A stretch of 64,000 nucleotides of DNA. Origin: Lama guanicoe (lineage: Eukaryota). The translations under genes were made by a program, and so were the position numbers. A model generated the notes under the pieces. That model made no database searches. It was not told the DNA's origin and worked only from the letters and a program-made list of their open reading frames with translations. Numbering within the stretch: the stretch's first letter is position 1; each line of letters begins with the position of its first letter. The DNA lies in assembly GCA_013239625.1 (NCBI GenBank), contig MU054323.1, positions 17,178,029 to 17,242,028 of the forward strand, written 5' to 3'. Shown piece after piece: positions 48,124-61,602 of this stretch.

Positions 48124-49141
48124 CTGCAAGAAAATAGAAACACACTTAGTGTTCCAGCACAGAACACTGAAATGGGTTATGGGTGAATTTCTATTAAGAC
48201 TAACAATATGACTCCAAGAATCAGCAGCTTCTCCACAACCCGTCCTCAAGGCCAGCTCTTGTAAATGGGAAGGTTCTTTCTGATCCTAACAAAGTATTTA
48301 TTCATTTCTATGAACTAAAAACTTTGCATCAACTTGGGAAAAACTGGAGTGTAACCAAGAACACTAAATAGTTGATATTCTACAAGTAACAAGCCTAGAG
48401 GACACTAATCAGCAAAGAATCATTTTTCCCTACCTTTAAATGCAGAGAAAGAGAGGCAGAGACAGTCATATACATTAAGAAACTTCACCTTATATTTCTA
48501 GGGGGTGCTCTTCTATCAAGTAGTTATCCCTTTAGATATGAGGACACACCCAGCGTGTCTTGCTATTGGAATAGGAACCATTCAAAATTATTTTTTCTCA
48601 AAATGGTAGCATTTCTTTGCTGTTCCTAACACTGGCTTCTCCCATCCCCTGTATCTGGCAACCGAAATTATAGTTGACTTTTGAACAACACAGGGCAGAG
48701 GGTGGTGGCCGACCCTTTGCACAGTAGAAAATCTGCTTCTGACAGTTGACCCTTCAAATCTGTGGTCCTCCGAGCGAATGGGTCCATATCCATGAATTCA
48801 ACCAACCACAGATCATGCACTACCGTAGTGTGTACTGCTGGAGAAAAATCCGCATGTAAGTGGACCCATGCGGGCCAAACCCACGTTGTACCAAATGTAC
48901 ACGTAACTTTGTGGAGCCACTATGTTAAGTGAAGAGAAATATTTTTATATAATAGAATGGGTTTCCTGATTTCCTGAAACAAACTGACTTGTCTATCCCC
49001 AGCTGGCATAAATAAACATTTTCTTAAGGAGTGACATCAGGGTCTAAAGAGGGTGATGACCATCAAAGAGACCTTTCTGGTTATTCATCTTCGCATATGA
49101 CTGCAACAGATGATGAAGGCTATAGAAAGCAATGAACTTAC

Positions 49142-49238
49142 CGATGACTACGTCGGTTATTGAAAAGAGCATTAGACTGTAGCTGTTCATAAAGCATCTT
49201 GATTTCTGCTAGTCCCGGTAAAAATACAAGTATAGCAC
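49142..49238 (-). CDS. DHX57: DHX57 coding exon (helicase motif IV)
   Basis: (G)AILVFLPGLAEIKMLYEQLQSNALFNNRRSH(R)|gtaagt; 97 nt, phase 1/2. Confidence 0.93.
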
Positions 49239-51854
49239 CTGGGTATATTAAAAACAATCAATCTGGTAAATGCAAAAGAAGAAAAAACTAATACAGACTA
49301 TAGTTTTAAATGAAAAAAATTAATAATCTGAGATTTTTCACTGTCAATTTTCCTTTCTTTGTGAAGTCCCCAGGGAATTTAATGGATAACAAACTTGTAA
49401 AATATATTTTCTGACTTAATAACTACAAAATGGATGAGGTATTATATCTTTTTACAACAAAAAAAATGATGTGTGGAAAAATATAATGCCTTAAGTTATA
49501 CAAGAATCATTAGCAAAGCTCTTTAGACATAGTCCTTCAGCGCCCTGGGCACTGACATTCTTTTCTATAGAAAGAGTTATCCTTCTAATCTTATAAGACA
49601 GAACAACTCTTCTCTCCATTAATAAATAAAATCCATAAACACTTTATTGGAAATGAGAAAAAGAAACTATAACTGGCTGGCCACCCTGATAATTTAAATT
49701 CAGATATGTGTAGAAGAGGCAGTACATTAACCAACCATGCCATATTAGTGGTTTATAGGCTTTAAAATTTTACATAAAAGAAAATAAGCAGTGATAACTG
49801 ACTGTGTAGTGTATTTCTGTGCCAAGAGCGGTCACTCAGCAACAGTCACCTCCTTTTGTGCTTTATTCAGAGAGGAAATTGACACTGTCTTCACCAGCTC
49901 CTCCTATAATCCCACAAGTATCTACTGGGTGCCTTTGTCAGCTCTGTGCCAGGTACAGTGAAATATAAAGCAAATTCTGCCCACAAGGAACTCACAACCA
50001 ATTATTTATGATAGTTATTCTCCCCACTAAATAAATAAGGAAACTAAACTGTTACAAAAATGGAACTCTGAAGTAAGAAGGACAAAAGGTATCTTTCCGA
50101 GTTGGTTTTAATACTTCGTAATTTACAAAGAATGTTCACATGTTATCTCATTAGATCCTCATAACCACCCGTTAAGAAGATTATTAGTACCCTTTAAGAC
50201 GACTCTGTAACATGGTCAGAGTGGAGTATGAACACAAACATAGGGTTTCTGGTACCAGATCCATGCTCTTTCCATTACATACTCCATGCTTTTCTCTCTA
50301 CTAAAGGACCACAAAATTTAAGAATGTAAAATAATCTATATGGATGGAAAAAATTTTTTGCCTGTATATTCATGTGCCTTCTGATTTGCTCTGCCCTCAT
50401 GGCTTGGCCATCTGGATAAGAGGTATCTTTGATATTCACAAATAGTATCACCAACTGCCTAATCACTACAACACATTTGCTTTGAATTCTGGTAATTTTC
50501 TAACTTTTTTTGGCTGCTATACTTGATTTTTTTCAATTAGTCTTTTTCTTTGGGATGAAGTAAGATATTCAATCCAGTGTTAAGGCATTAGCCAACACTG
50601 GCTACTTGCTAAAGGCTGAGAAACAAGGCACTTCAATAATTTTATGTAGTTCACATGTTTCTTTAGAAAATACCACACAATGATTAAAGTCTAAGCAGAA
50701 GAGGGCAGTCACTCCCATTTCTCTTAAGCACTATGTAATGAGTACATAATATAATCTTCTGATCTATGATTCCACTTAATGATCACATCACCCAACACTG
50801 GCTGCCTCTATTCATGCAACAAATACTTGATACCTAAATATGCCAGGCACTGTTCTAGGGTCTGAGGAACACAGTGGTGCACAAGAAATCCTTATTATTA
50901 AAGAGCTTACACTCTATTGAAGATAGACATATAATTTTGGATAGTGTTTAGTGCTATAATGAAAATGAAAACCATTTTTGGATATTATGATAGAGTGAGG
51001 AGGGCAGGGCAGGACAACAGATAGGGTGTCAGAGAAGACTTCTCTGAAGAGGAGATGTTTGACAGAAACCTGAATGATGTGAAGGATTCAGTTATGAGAT
51101 GATGTAGGGCATTCATTCTGGGGATAAGGGACTACAAGTGAGGAAGAAGCCACTGGGACAGAAGACAGTAAGGGGAAGGTAGGGACCGCTCTGTGTTATA
51201 GTAGACGAGGGGGAGGAGGAGTGGTGACAACAATGATGACAAATATACTAGTATAGTTATATTATCATTGTTGGGGTAGTATCTGCTGGGCATTAACTAC
51301 ATGCCAGGCACTGTGCTAAGTGCTTTATATATGATTTCTTTTAATCATCAAAATAGAGGACTTATTTACTGTCTTTATTTTACAAACAAGGAACCTGAGG
51401 CATAGAAAAGATAAGGACTTTATGCAAGGTAACAGAGCTCCAGAGGAGCAGAACAGGGCAGTATATCAGACTCTCCAAAGATGCTCCCTTAACTCCACGT
51501 CCTGTGGCCTCCACTGCAGAGTATTCATGTAATTCAAACACTCATTACTAGACTCCCATTTAGCCAGGGACTGAGTGTTGAATGTATGGACACCCAGGCC
51601 TTCTTTTCAGCTTTCTTCCTTTTGGACCTTGTATTGTTAACATCTGATAAAAGGTAAAACTTCCTCAAAAGGTCAAAGGTAAAATTTCCCCCTGAAAATC
51701 CTAATAAGCAACTTCACACACAACTGGGGGTGAGAAGGTGAGGGTGGGGGAGGGCTCCAGGAAGGGAGGCTGTCCCCACAATGCCCACTATCCAGGAAGT
51801 GGGCTCCCTTCCCTCTGCCACCTCACACATGAATGAAGTTCATGGAGCAGTTAC

Positions 51855-51971
51855 CTGGAGGGTAGGAGTGCTTTCCGTCCACTATCCACTCTAGCAAGGC
51901 CTCGATTAATTCAAGATTAACCTTTTCAAAATCCATGATGGACATTGTTTTGATGACTGATTTGCTAACCC
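51855..51971 (-). CDS. DHX57: DHX57 coding exon
   Basis: (G)VSKSVIKTMSIMDFEKVNLELIEALLEWIVDGKHSYPP(G)|gtaact; 117 nt, phase 1/1. Confidence 0.93.
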
Positions 51972-52025
51972 CTGAAAGAAAGGTAAAAATCAGAAGGATA
52001 ATTATACCTTATTAAAGGAAATATG

Positions 52026-52290
52026 TGGGCAGGGGCTGGGAAGGGACAGATTGGGATTTCAAATTTGTAGATACTGACAGGCATATGCAGAACAGATAAA
52101 CAAGATTATACTGTATAGCACAGCGAAATATATACAAGATCTTGTGAGCTCACAGCAAAAAAAAATGTGACAATGAATAAATGTATGTTCATGTACAACT
52201 GAAAAATTGTGCTCTACTCTGGAATTTGACACAACATTGTAAAATGACTATAACTCAATAAAAAAATGTTTAAAAAAAGAAAGAAAGAAA
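52026..52290 (+). mobile_element. Young L1 3' end with A/(AAAG)n tail
   Basis: atactgtatagcacag...acaacattgtaaaatgactataactcaataaaaaa; imperfect TSD aaaggaaatatg (52014-52025) / aaagaaaatatg (52288-52299). Confidence 0.82.
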
Positions 52291-54399
52291 GAAAATATGC
52301 CTGGGAACAGGCGAGTGTCTTGATTTGATTTAATACTACAGATGTTCACATTTAATGTACTGAAATGAACTTTTTTACTTCAGGCTCTCAGAAAATACAG
52401 GCTCATTAGAAGAAGTTTTTGCTTGAACAATGACCCAAAGAGCAGACTCCTGTCCCTGCTGCAAAGGCCCAGAGAGGAAACTTTGAACTTTCCTCCTTCC
52501 TTCCCCTTTTTATCTCTCACATGCTTATTGACATTTAAGTTCTAGAAACAGAATTCAAAATCAAATACATTTTAGAAACCTCTTCCAGATTCAATTAAGT
52601 CATAAGTCAGATTTAATAAAAGTCCAGCTCACAGTAACCATGAACAACAGTAACTTATAACCTTTAAGGTTCCTTTGAGAGTCATAAAAGCTATGAATCT
52701 TCCCTGAAAAATACATGTGATTTTAATGGCTTCACCAACACCCCTCACCAACACCCCTGAAGTCCACACACAGATCCTCGGGTAAGGGTCTACAATCTCC
52801 TTCTAATTCATCTGAGGCCCTAGTAAAAGATCCGTACCTCGGGTTGCACCACAAACCTTAGCTCTTTGAAAAACAAATAGCATATGCTTGGGGAGAATGA
52901 CTCTCCAAAGACAGCTGCCCTTTCCTTTTAAGTCTTTCTAATCACCTGAAATAGAGTCTAACTGGAACAAAATAACCATAGTTGGCATCAAGGAAGGGAA
53001 GCTTCCTACACTACGCTGAAAAGTTTGAAGAGGGGCAAGAGCAGTTTCTAAACAATGCTGTTCTGGCAGAGGGAACCCTATGTTGGTGAAAAATGAACAA
53101 GTAGGCTACACAAGCCAGGGTGTGGTTGGGTGTGGAAGGCAAAGCAGGGATCATTTTTATTTGCCAAGATTCCAAATAGCCTGACTTCTGAAAAAGGAGA
53201 AAGAATTAGCTAACTAGAAAAAAGAGAAATGGAAATCATAAAAAAAAATGTTTTATAGTTTGGCAGATTTTACTAATCAATTACATATTTTAAAGGACTG
53301 ATCATTATTAGTTTTTAACTAGAAAAAGTTTTAAAAATTGAGCTAGGAAACATCACTTAATTTTCTGAAAAGTCAGAGAGCACTGAGATCAATTAAATGA
53401 AGTCTTTGTTTTATAGGAAAGGGAGTGTTGGAGAAGCTGAGTAATCAGCCCAGCATCACACAGAAACCAGTGGCAGAGTCAGGTTTCCAGGCCTCAAATC
53501 CTTAGAAAAGAGTTCTCAGAGGTGCCTTCTGAACTTTGGTATCTCTGTGCTTGAAATTAGAAAGATCGCAGCTTAGAGCCAATCATAATTCTTGGAGAAA
53601 ACTCTGGAATTTCAAAAGAGAAACCGAAGAGATTTTCCTGTTGAATAATTTAATAGAGTAAGGAAATGGGAACTGTCAGCTGGTATGATGTACAGAAAGA
53701 ACACAAACATCTGAATCATACATTTTAATCAGAATCACAAATCTGTACTTACTAACTGGGCACTATGCTGTGGATTTGTATTGTCTTATTTCATCTCCTA
53801 AACAAGTCCATTTTATAAATAAGGAAACTGAGGTATAGAGAAGATAAGGAACTTGCATATATATGTGGGTTTATGAGAACCTGGGGAGTTGAACCCAGAT
53901 CTGTAAGATACAAGTCTATGCTCTTAACCTTACTTCTCAGGAATTTGGGGAGATGAAGTGCAATCATGTTCAGGAGCTGTGCATCTCTTCCTAAAGAGCA
54001 GAACAAATGGCTAATGCCCTAATTCCTTGATCACTACTATTTCCCATGCAGGACTGAGTCTTTGGGTAGAAGGAGAAAAAGGAAAACACACTTGCTCTTT
54101 CTGCTACGGAACAGGGGTTGGAGGCTCCACCTTTAAAGGTAAACACCTTTTTTTTGAAAGGACTAAGAGGAGCTGGGGTGGCAGTTCAGAGAAAAGAGAG
54201 CAGAAAGGACAGCTGAGACTTGTCCAGGCTTTAAGAGAAAAGAATAGTAACCTTAGGGTTTCTATGGTTTCAGCCCAGCTTATACGTATGGAAGATTATC
54301 GAAGAACAAAGCTGGGTGGGGTCTGGCATGACACATATAAAAATGTCCAGCACAGGAGGGACCCTAAAAAAAGATGTTATTTTCAAGCCCACTAACTAA

Positions 54400-55205
54400 T
54401 GTTATAACTAGTGGGTGAAATTTTGAGGATATTATAGGATATTTAAATAGTCCCAAATCTCTCTCCACAACTGATTTATTAACTACAAAGGGAATAAGTA
54501 ATACACAGGGAAACACAGTCATCATCTTAACCAGGTGATCAAAGTCAACACTGCCAAAAATGGGACAGACCACATCATGTGGCTCCTGATACGATGTACT
54601 GAGATTCAACACTGTTTCTGTTGTTTTCTGATCAAAAATATATAACCTAAGATTAATTATGGGGAAATATTAGACAAACCCAAATGGAGGGACATTCTAC
54701 AAAATAATTGGCCCAAACTCTTTAAAAATGTGAATCACAAAAGAAAAGTAAAGGCTGGCAAATTTTTCCAGATCAAAAGAAACTAAAGACATATGATGAC
54801 TGAATGTAATATGTAGTCCTGGGTTGGATCCTAGACCACTTAGAAAATAGCAAAAAATGACATTATTGAGATAACTGACAAAATTAGAATATGGACTTAA
54901 ACAGTAGTATTGTATCAGTGCTAAATGTCTTCATTTTGATCATGTCCTGTTGTTTACATAAGAGGACGCCCTTGTTCTAAGGAAATACATACCAAAATAT
55001 TAGGAGTTAAGGAACATCATATCTGCAATTTACCCTCAAAAGACGCGAGAAAAATATATACATACACACAGAGCAAATAATAAAGCAAATGAAGCAAAAT
55101 ATTAACAACTGTTGAATCAAGGTAAAGGATATAGGAGAGTTCATTGTAGTCTTGCAAACTTTAGTTTTGAATTTGAAATCATATCAAAATACAAAGTTAC
55201 AAAAT
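54400..55205 (+). mobile_element. Old L1 3' end (L1MC-like)
   Basis: ttaaccaggtgatcaaagtcaaca, agacaaacccaaatggagggacattctacaaaataattggcc, tcctgggttggatcctagacca. Confidence 0.7.
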
Positions 55206-55451
55206 ACTCAAGAATATAACTCATATTTTACTACCTCCCAATTTTTCTATTATTAACACATTTCTTTAATAATTAGGAAAAACCCCACTGGTAAATGTAG
55301 TAACAATTTTAATCTAATATGTGTTGGAACTGTTATTTTTTTCAAAGTTTAAGGTTGTTCTGAATAATTACAGACAAGGTAACCATGAAACACGAGCCAC
55401 TTTTCTTCTGGATCACAGTGGGGGGGAAACTAGTTATCTCTGGCACATTAC

Positions 55452-55657
55452 CTTTATAGCGGGCCAGGAGCTGCTTAAAATCTAACTGTTGATCGGGCAC
55501 TGCGTCTTTGACAGAGTCCTGGTCCTGGAGGTGAAGGGAGAGCCGCAGGTCTTCCTCCACTTCCTCAAATGCAGTTCTGCTGCGCCGCGCCTTGAGCTTC
55601 TCCTTGGACATCTGCTTCATGGAGCGCGTATATGGGCTCCCATCCTGTAACACGTAC
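55452..55657 (-). CDS. DHX57: DHX57 coding exon
   Basis: (R)YVLQDGSPYTRSMKQMSKEKLKARRSRTAFEEVEEDLRLSLHLQDQDSVKDAVPDQQLDFKQLLARYK(G); 206 nt, phase 2/1. Confidence 0.94.
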
Positions 55658-56469
55658 CTGAGGAAGGAAGACAAGGAATGTGTGCATGAACGTGGGTCTG
55701 TGGGTGAGGAATGAACATATGCACCTATTTTATGAGCTCATTCGGCAGAATGTTATTCTGTTTCTTCCGAATTCACATGCTATTCTTCTACCAGTCCAGG
55801 ACTCTGTTGGCTGTGCCCTCTTGCTGGTAGGGAACACAACGGGATGTGTTTTTGCTGTTTTAAGATAATTCTGGAGGCAATGAGTTTGAAAAGTGAAAAA
55901 AAAGACAGGGAAACTAGCTGAAACATGATTTCCCCAGAGATTCACATTCAGTGGAAGTGGGGCAGGAACCACAAAGCAACAATCTTAATAAGCTCCCTAA
56001 GTAGGCTTCTCGCACACTAAAGTTTGACAGCCATTGTTTTGGGGCTTTTAGTTTGAGAATATTGTATCATTGAGTAAATACAGAATTAGGAGGGGGCTTA
56101 TAGGAATGGAAGGAGCAGGGAGGAGAAAAATTCTGGGTTGAGCTTAAGGTGTCAGACATCAAAGCTGTTTTCATTCTGGCACTCAGAGGTCAGGAATGAA
56201 GATACGGATCTGGGAGTTCGTGGCACAAGGGTGACAGCTGAAATCACATGAGTCAGAGAGAGCCAGGGAAGAGTTTAACATTGAGAAGAAACAGTGCAAG
56301 GATAAAATCCTGGGGAATCTTCAAGGTCAAAGAGCAGGAAGAGGAAGCAGGGCTTGCAATGGGGAGAAATCTGTTGGTCTCCAACAGATATTATCAGTTT
56401 CTACCCAGTACTGAACTTATACAGACATCTTAACACTCATATACACTGCAAACTCCTTGAAGGTAGGAC

Positions 56470-56730
56470 AATAATGATAATAACAGCTAACATTTATAAA
56501 GCATGTGCTATGGGCCAGGTACATTTCTAAGCACTTTGCAACTATCAAGTCCAAGTATTAATTAATTAACTAATCCTCATAACAACTCTGTGAAGAGGCT
56601 ACCATTAATATGCTCATTTTACACATGGAGAAACTAAGTTACAGACAGATTAAGCTACTAGCCAGTGCAACAGTGGGTAAGTAGAGGGATTTAAATACTA
56701 GCAGCCTGTCTGCAGAATCAGTACTCTTCC
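56470..56730 (-). mobile_element. MIR SINE
   Basis: taatcctcataacaactctgtgaag...ctcattttacacatggagaaactaagttacagacagattaag. Confidence 0.72.
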
Positions 56731-57163
56731 TTTTTTCCATCTAAATTCTCCATGTTTGGTCCCTCGTTTTAAAATAGAGCAGTTTTAGGTTCACAGCAAT
56801 ACTGAGCAGAAGGTACAGACAGTTCCCATTGCCTCCACCCGTGCACAGCCTCCCCCATTATCTACACCCCCAACCAGAGTGGTACATTTGTTGCAATTGA
56901 TGAACTGACGTCCATATGTCATTATAACCAAAAGTCCATAGTTCACCTTAGGGGTTCCAGAGACAGTACTTTTAATATATAATGTTGCTTGTGAATTCAA
57001 ATAATTTGTATAATAAATATTCACTGAGAGGGGAAAGCAAAACCCTCAAATAGAAAAATCAGAAGAAACACTAACACATTTATTAGTATCTGGGCACACT
57101 GAAGTAAAAGAATAATTCTGTTTTCAAAGGCTTGCACCAAACCTTAATTTATGTCTTCCTTAC

Positions 57164-57218
57164 CTTGTCATAGCAATTGCATCTTCCAGAAAATATTGAT
57201 CAACAGGAAATGTACGAC
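57164..57218 (-). CDS. DHX57: DHX57 coding exon
   Basis: (G)RTFPVDQYFLEDAIAMT(R)|gtaagg; 55 nt, phase 1/2. Confidence 0.92.
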
Positions 57219-58133
57219 CTAGAAGAACAAGAAAATAAAACAGAAAACTCTCAGAATACGTGTTTAACTCTCTTAAAATTGTCTGTATATGTAAAATTCT
57301 CTCAAAACAAGGCTTGGTACAATAAGGTACAATTTATTCTGTGGCCTTTAATATATCCAAAAAAAGCTTTTGATGATAGAAATTGGAAGGAGTAGATTCC
57401 AGTTAGTAAATAACACAGAAGTGTACAGATGGGAGAGACAATCATTTGCTTATTAATAAGACCTCTTAAAAAAAAAAATCTGTTACAACTTTTCCTGCCC
57501 TCCTCCTCTCCCATAGGAGACCTTTAAAGTGTCAACAATTGTATTCTAGATCAAGCATATAATTTTGTCTTTAAATCTATTGTCAATATCCTCTATAACT
57601 AGGACAAAGAATACTACTATTCATCAGTCAGTGTTTCCAAATTGTTCCTTTAGAAATCAATTGCAAAAGGATAAACCAAAGCCCAAGGTGATAAACTAAT
57701 TCCACAATTAGACTATGAAAGCACCAAAAGAAGACACAGGCTGTCCAACTTCACTTTCTCCCAGAATGAACCAATATCCAGAAATTTAGCAGAATTCAGA
57801 AATAAAAAAATATGTTATACACAGATACAACTTCTCTCTTTATGACAGATTACCATTATAAGCTAACATTTTGATGTTAAACATAATGGAATGCTAGAAA
57901 TTCTAATAACCTATACTTTTAAAAATGCATATATAAATTAAAATCTCCCAGCAAATGAATATAACATTATCTCTTTAATTTTATTATATGGTTGTGGTTT
58001 TATTTGTTATCAACTAATCAGTTCTTCTCTAGAAAGAGGTATAAATACCTATTAATTTATATTTCAAATGAACTTAAAAATAATTATATCTGCTTATTAG
58101 GACAATACATATTTAATGATGCATTTTAATCAC

Positions 58134-58267
58134 CTGGTATAGTGATAACTGGGCAGGAATTAAAATATTCTGAAAAGAGCTCAGCGTTTAAAGTTGCACT
58201 CATCAGAATAACTTGAAGAGTTGGTCTCTGCAACACAATATCTTTCAAAACTAGCAGCAAGAAGTCA
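58134..58267 (-). CDS. DHX57: DHX57 coding exon (motif III, SAT)
   Basis: (S)[44 protein letters not shown](G); 134 nt, phase 2/1. Confidence 0.95.
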
Positions 58268-59401
58268 CTAGAGGAAAATAAAAGAAACACCTGAGGATCA
58301 AACAAATTCAATACATAAAAATTAATAACTTTTGACATATTTTGAGTAAGTGTAACACCTACATGAAAAAAATTTGTAACACTCATAGAAAGATGTGTCA
58401 TGTTCCTAGAAGTGAAGACTTAATGTTATAAAGAGATCAATTTCCCGCCAAATAAACTAAATTCAGTGTAGTACCAATCAAAATACCAACAGGGTTTATC
58501 ACTGCATTTGAATCTACATGTACATAAAGAGGCATATGCAATGATTTTCATTACAGCATTGTTTGTAATAGCAAATCAATGGAAACTACCTAAATATCTA
58601 TCAACCAAGAAATGGTTAATGATAACAATATCATCCATTCTAAGGAATAACCTGAGGCAGATAAAAGGAATAAAGTAGAACTCCAGATCAGACATGAAAA
58701 CATCTCCAAGACATTGTTAGTGAACAGTATGCACTATAAAACAGCAATATCCTACCTGGTCTGCCTGTCGCTCCCTGGCCCCCTGAAATCTGCTCTCAAT
58801 ATGGCAGACTATTAACGCTGCTCAAATGTAAACATGATGGTGTCACTCTTCTGCTTAAAATCCTTCGATGATTTATCGAAGTCCTCGCTGACAAGGCCCT
58901 ATGTGACATGATCTGTACCCTCGCTACTCATTTCCTACTGCTCTCCCCCTTATTCACTTGGCTCCAGCCACACTGGCGCTTAATACAGGTTCAATAAATG
59001 TATGAATGAATGTCAGGACTGAATGACTGACCACATGAACAAAGGAGGAAGCACATATTGACCAATGCATCAGCTACAGCACGCATTACATCTGTTATTC
59101 CTGCTAAGCACACTGCCCCACTCAGCAGCATGGTGCCTGGGAGGGTAAGTATCTCTTATTAGATGATGTCCATCTAATAGGATGACTCTTCCAGTGATGA
59201 ACACGTGCTCTCCTCGCATTTTTCATGTCACAGACCCTGGAAACCTCCTCTCTAAGCAATTCCTCCTCTCTAACTTAAGTCTTCTCTATGGCAATTACCA
59301 TTTCAAGCTCTAAGGAACGGACTTGAAAGCAGAATAAAATCCTTTCAGCCATGTCTTCATGTTATGTGTGTGGGTGTTCATTTGGAAAATCTTTGTCTTA
59401 C

Positions 59402-59526
59402 CTTTCTTCTGTCCTCTCGTGAACTTCATCAACAATGATATGGGTGACTCCTTGTAGAGCCGTGTCCCCCTCGAGCCTCCTAAGCAGCACTCCTGTGGTG
59501 CAGTATAACAGTCTGGTGGCTGAGGA
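59402..59526 (-). CDS. DHX57: DHX57 coding exon (motif II, DEVH)
   Basis: [41 protein letters not shown](S)|gtaaga; 125 nt, phase 0/2. Confidence 0.95.
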
Positions 59527-60078
59527 CTTACATAAAAGGGCATGGAGAGCTTTTGTGAAATTGGTGAAAAAAGGGAACACTTTCCTGGCAAAGCCATATT
59601 TAATTGATAGGGATAAAGAATACTGAAAACACCAGCAGGTCCATTTAATATAAACCAAGAAATTAAATGCATAGTTTCTTGCTGGCAACAACAACAAAAG
59701 CTTTTCTACTTCACATCAAAATGTTAAGTTTAAGACTCTTAAAAAGCATTCAAAAACTATTAAAAAACAGAAAAACAACAGTGAGCGATGAAATCAATTC
59801 TGAATCTGTCTATTCCTTATTTGGTTAAAAGGATTAAGTCCCAGGTTTAAGAATAAAGCAGCATTTACTAGATCACTTTTGTCAATAAGGAACAGAAGGT
59901 CTCCATAGAGGAAATGAAGTACACCCAAATAAGAGTTTAAACCAAAATATTCCTAAAAGGACTTGGGCCCTATTGAAGTGTATATCCCAACTTGCCTGTG
60001 AATCTCCTGATCCCAAGAGCTCTTTACACTTGAAAATTGTAAATTTCAGTCATCAGGAAATAAGTAGAGCATACAAAC

Positions 60079-60274
60079 CTTAACGCTTTCTAGCCGGATC
60101 TGGTACCCCACAGTCAGACCCACTCTTTCTGCCCTTTCCTTAGCAACACGCTCAGCGACAGAGACTGCAGAGATTCGTCGGGGTTGGGTACAGATGATGT
60201 TGGCCACCTTCTCAGGGGGTCCATTCAAAGAATCATCCAGAATAAACTGTGGAATCTGTGTGGTTTTCCCACAT
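60079..60274 (-). CDS. DHX57: DHX57 coding exon (Walker A / motifs I and Ia)
   Basis: (G)[65 protein letters not shown]|gt; 196 nt, phase 2/0. Confidence 0.95.
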
Positions 60275-60691
60275 CTGCATGTCAAAACAAGTCCGAAAAT
60301 AAGAGTTTTCAAGTGCTAGCTAACTAGAGAAGCAGTTGTGTGCAGTGAGGAAAGTAAGAAAGCGAATTAGAATAAGAGCTGCTCTGCTTCCTATGTCTTC
60401 TAAACCTATCCACGGAGTTATTATGTACAGTTGATAACTCCTAGGAATTTGCACTCAGATTAACAGGGCAATCAAATAACAGTTTCCTATCATTTATGAA
60501 ACTGGAACTACTGAATAAATATTAGGTTAAGGTCTATAAATGCCTCTAGGAATGTGAACTCTACATATAAATTATATCTAAAGAAATAGGAGTATTATCT
60601 TATGACTATTAAAATACTTTATATTTTTCCCTTTGATGGGCTATTGCTTTGGCTATAATTAGACCGAGGTTAAAAAGATAAGAAACTGGGA

Positions 60692-60870
60692 AGAGGGAGG
60701 GTATAGCTCAGTGGTAGAGTGCAGGCCTAGCATGCACAAGGTCCTGGGTTCAATCCCCAGTATCTCCATTAAAAATAAATAAACTTAAATACCTCCAATA
60801 AATAAATAAATAAATAAATACATACATACATACGTAAGTAAGTAAGTAAGTAAATAAATAAATAAATAAA
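60692..60870 (+). mobile_element. tRNA-Ala-derived SINE (camelid Vic-1-like) with microsatellite tail
   Basis: Intact A box (tagctcagtgg) and B box (ggttcaatcc); 12-bp TSD aagaaactggga at 60680-60691 and 60871-60882; tail (AAAT)n(ACAT)n(AAGT)n(AAAT)n. Confidence 0.92.
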
Positions 60871-61434
60871 AAGAAACTGGGAGACAGAAAGTTACCACTA
60901 TATCAGTGAGTCTAGGCACAAATGTAACGATTAAATTGAAGACCTCTGAATACAAAACTAAATTAAGCCTGCAAGTTGTCCCTGCTGAATAGGTCTGGAT
61001 AACATACGGAGGGTGTGAAACAGGAAAAATAATGTGCTCTAAGTTGTTCTTAAACAAAAGCTTTAAGGATTTCAGAATAAATTTAGAAGATGAAAAGTTT
61101 CAAGCTAAATGTTCTGGAACTATTTGAAGAAATTTTAAAATGGGCCTTGTTAAAAGCCTCCAACTAGACTTTTTGCCTTAAAATTGTCTCAAGGCAGAGG
61201 TGAAATATGTCTATAAATTCCTAAATTCCTGAATTGTTTGTTTTTTGTAACTTGGCTCTGTTGGCTACAGTTGCCACATTATTAGCCTCTGTGAAATATC
61301 ATTTAATATTTGACAGGAAGAAAGCACAAATAATACCAGCTACTGGTTTTTTAAAAGTAAAACTGTCTATGGTAACCAGGGCATATACTGTATTTATGGA
61401 TAAAAGCTGCATTACAAACAAACTTCATTCTTAC

Positions 61435-61556
61435 CCAGTCATACCACTTACAACAAGCACTTGGTGCTTGCTTAGCAATTCAAGAATGTTTTCTCTTTCT
61501 TCCCAAGCAGGGAGCGACTGTCTTTCTTGCAGAATTGACTGGAACTGTCTGGACGC
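61435..61556 (-). CDS. DHX57: DHX57 coding exon
   Basis: ag|ASRQFQSILQERQSLPAWEERENILELLSKHQVLVVSGMT(G)|gtaaga; 122 nt, phase 0/2. Confidence 0.94.
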
Positions 61557-61602
61557 CTAGTAAAATAAAAGACAAGACATCAGTCGGGTTACTTGGAATC
61601 AC

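Noticed and set aside
51726..51770. G-run cluster (possible G-quadruplex)
   Set aside because: On the template strand of a DHX57 intron with irregular loops; such motifs are common and nothing else supports function.
59157..59179. Small inverted repeat tattagatg/catctaata
   Set aside because: 9-bp arms are expected by chance in 64 kb of AT-rich DNA.
60695..60768. tRNA-Ala-like sequence as a real tRNA gene (also 32320-32390 and 32456-32520)
   Set aside because: Flanked by TSDs, followed by an A-rich tail rather than a T-run terminator, and the stems are disrupted; these are SINEs.
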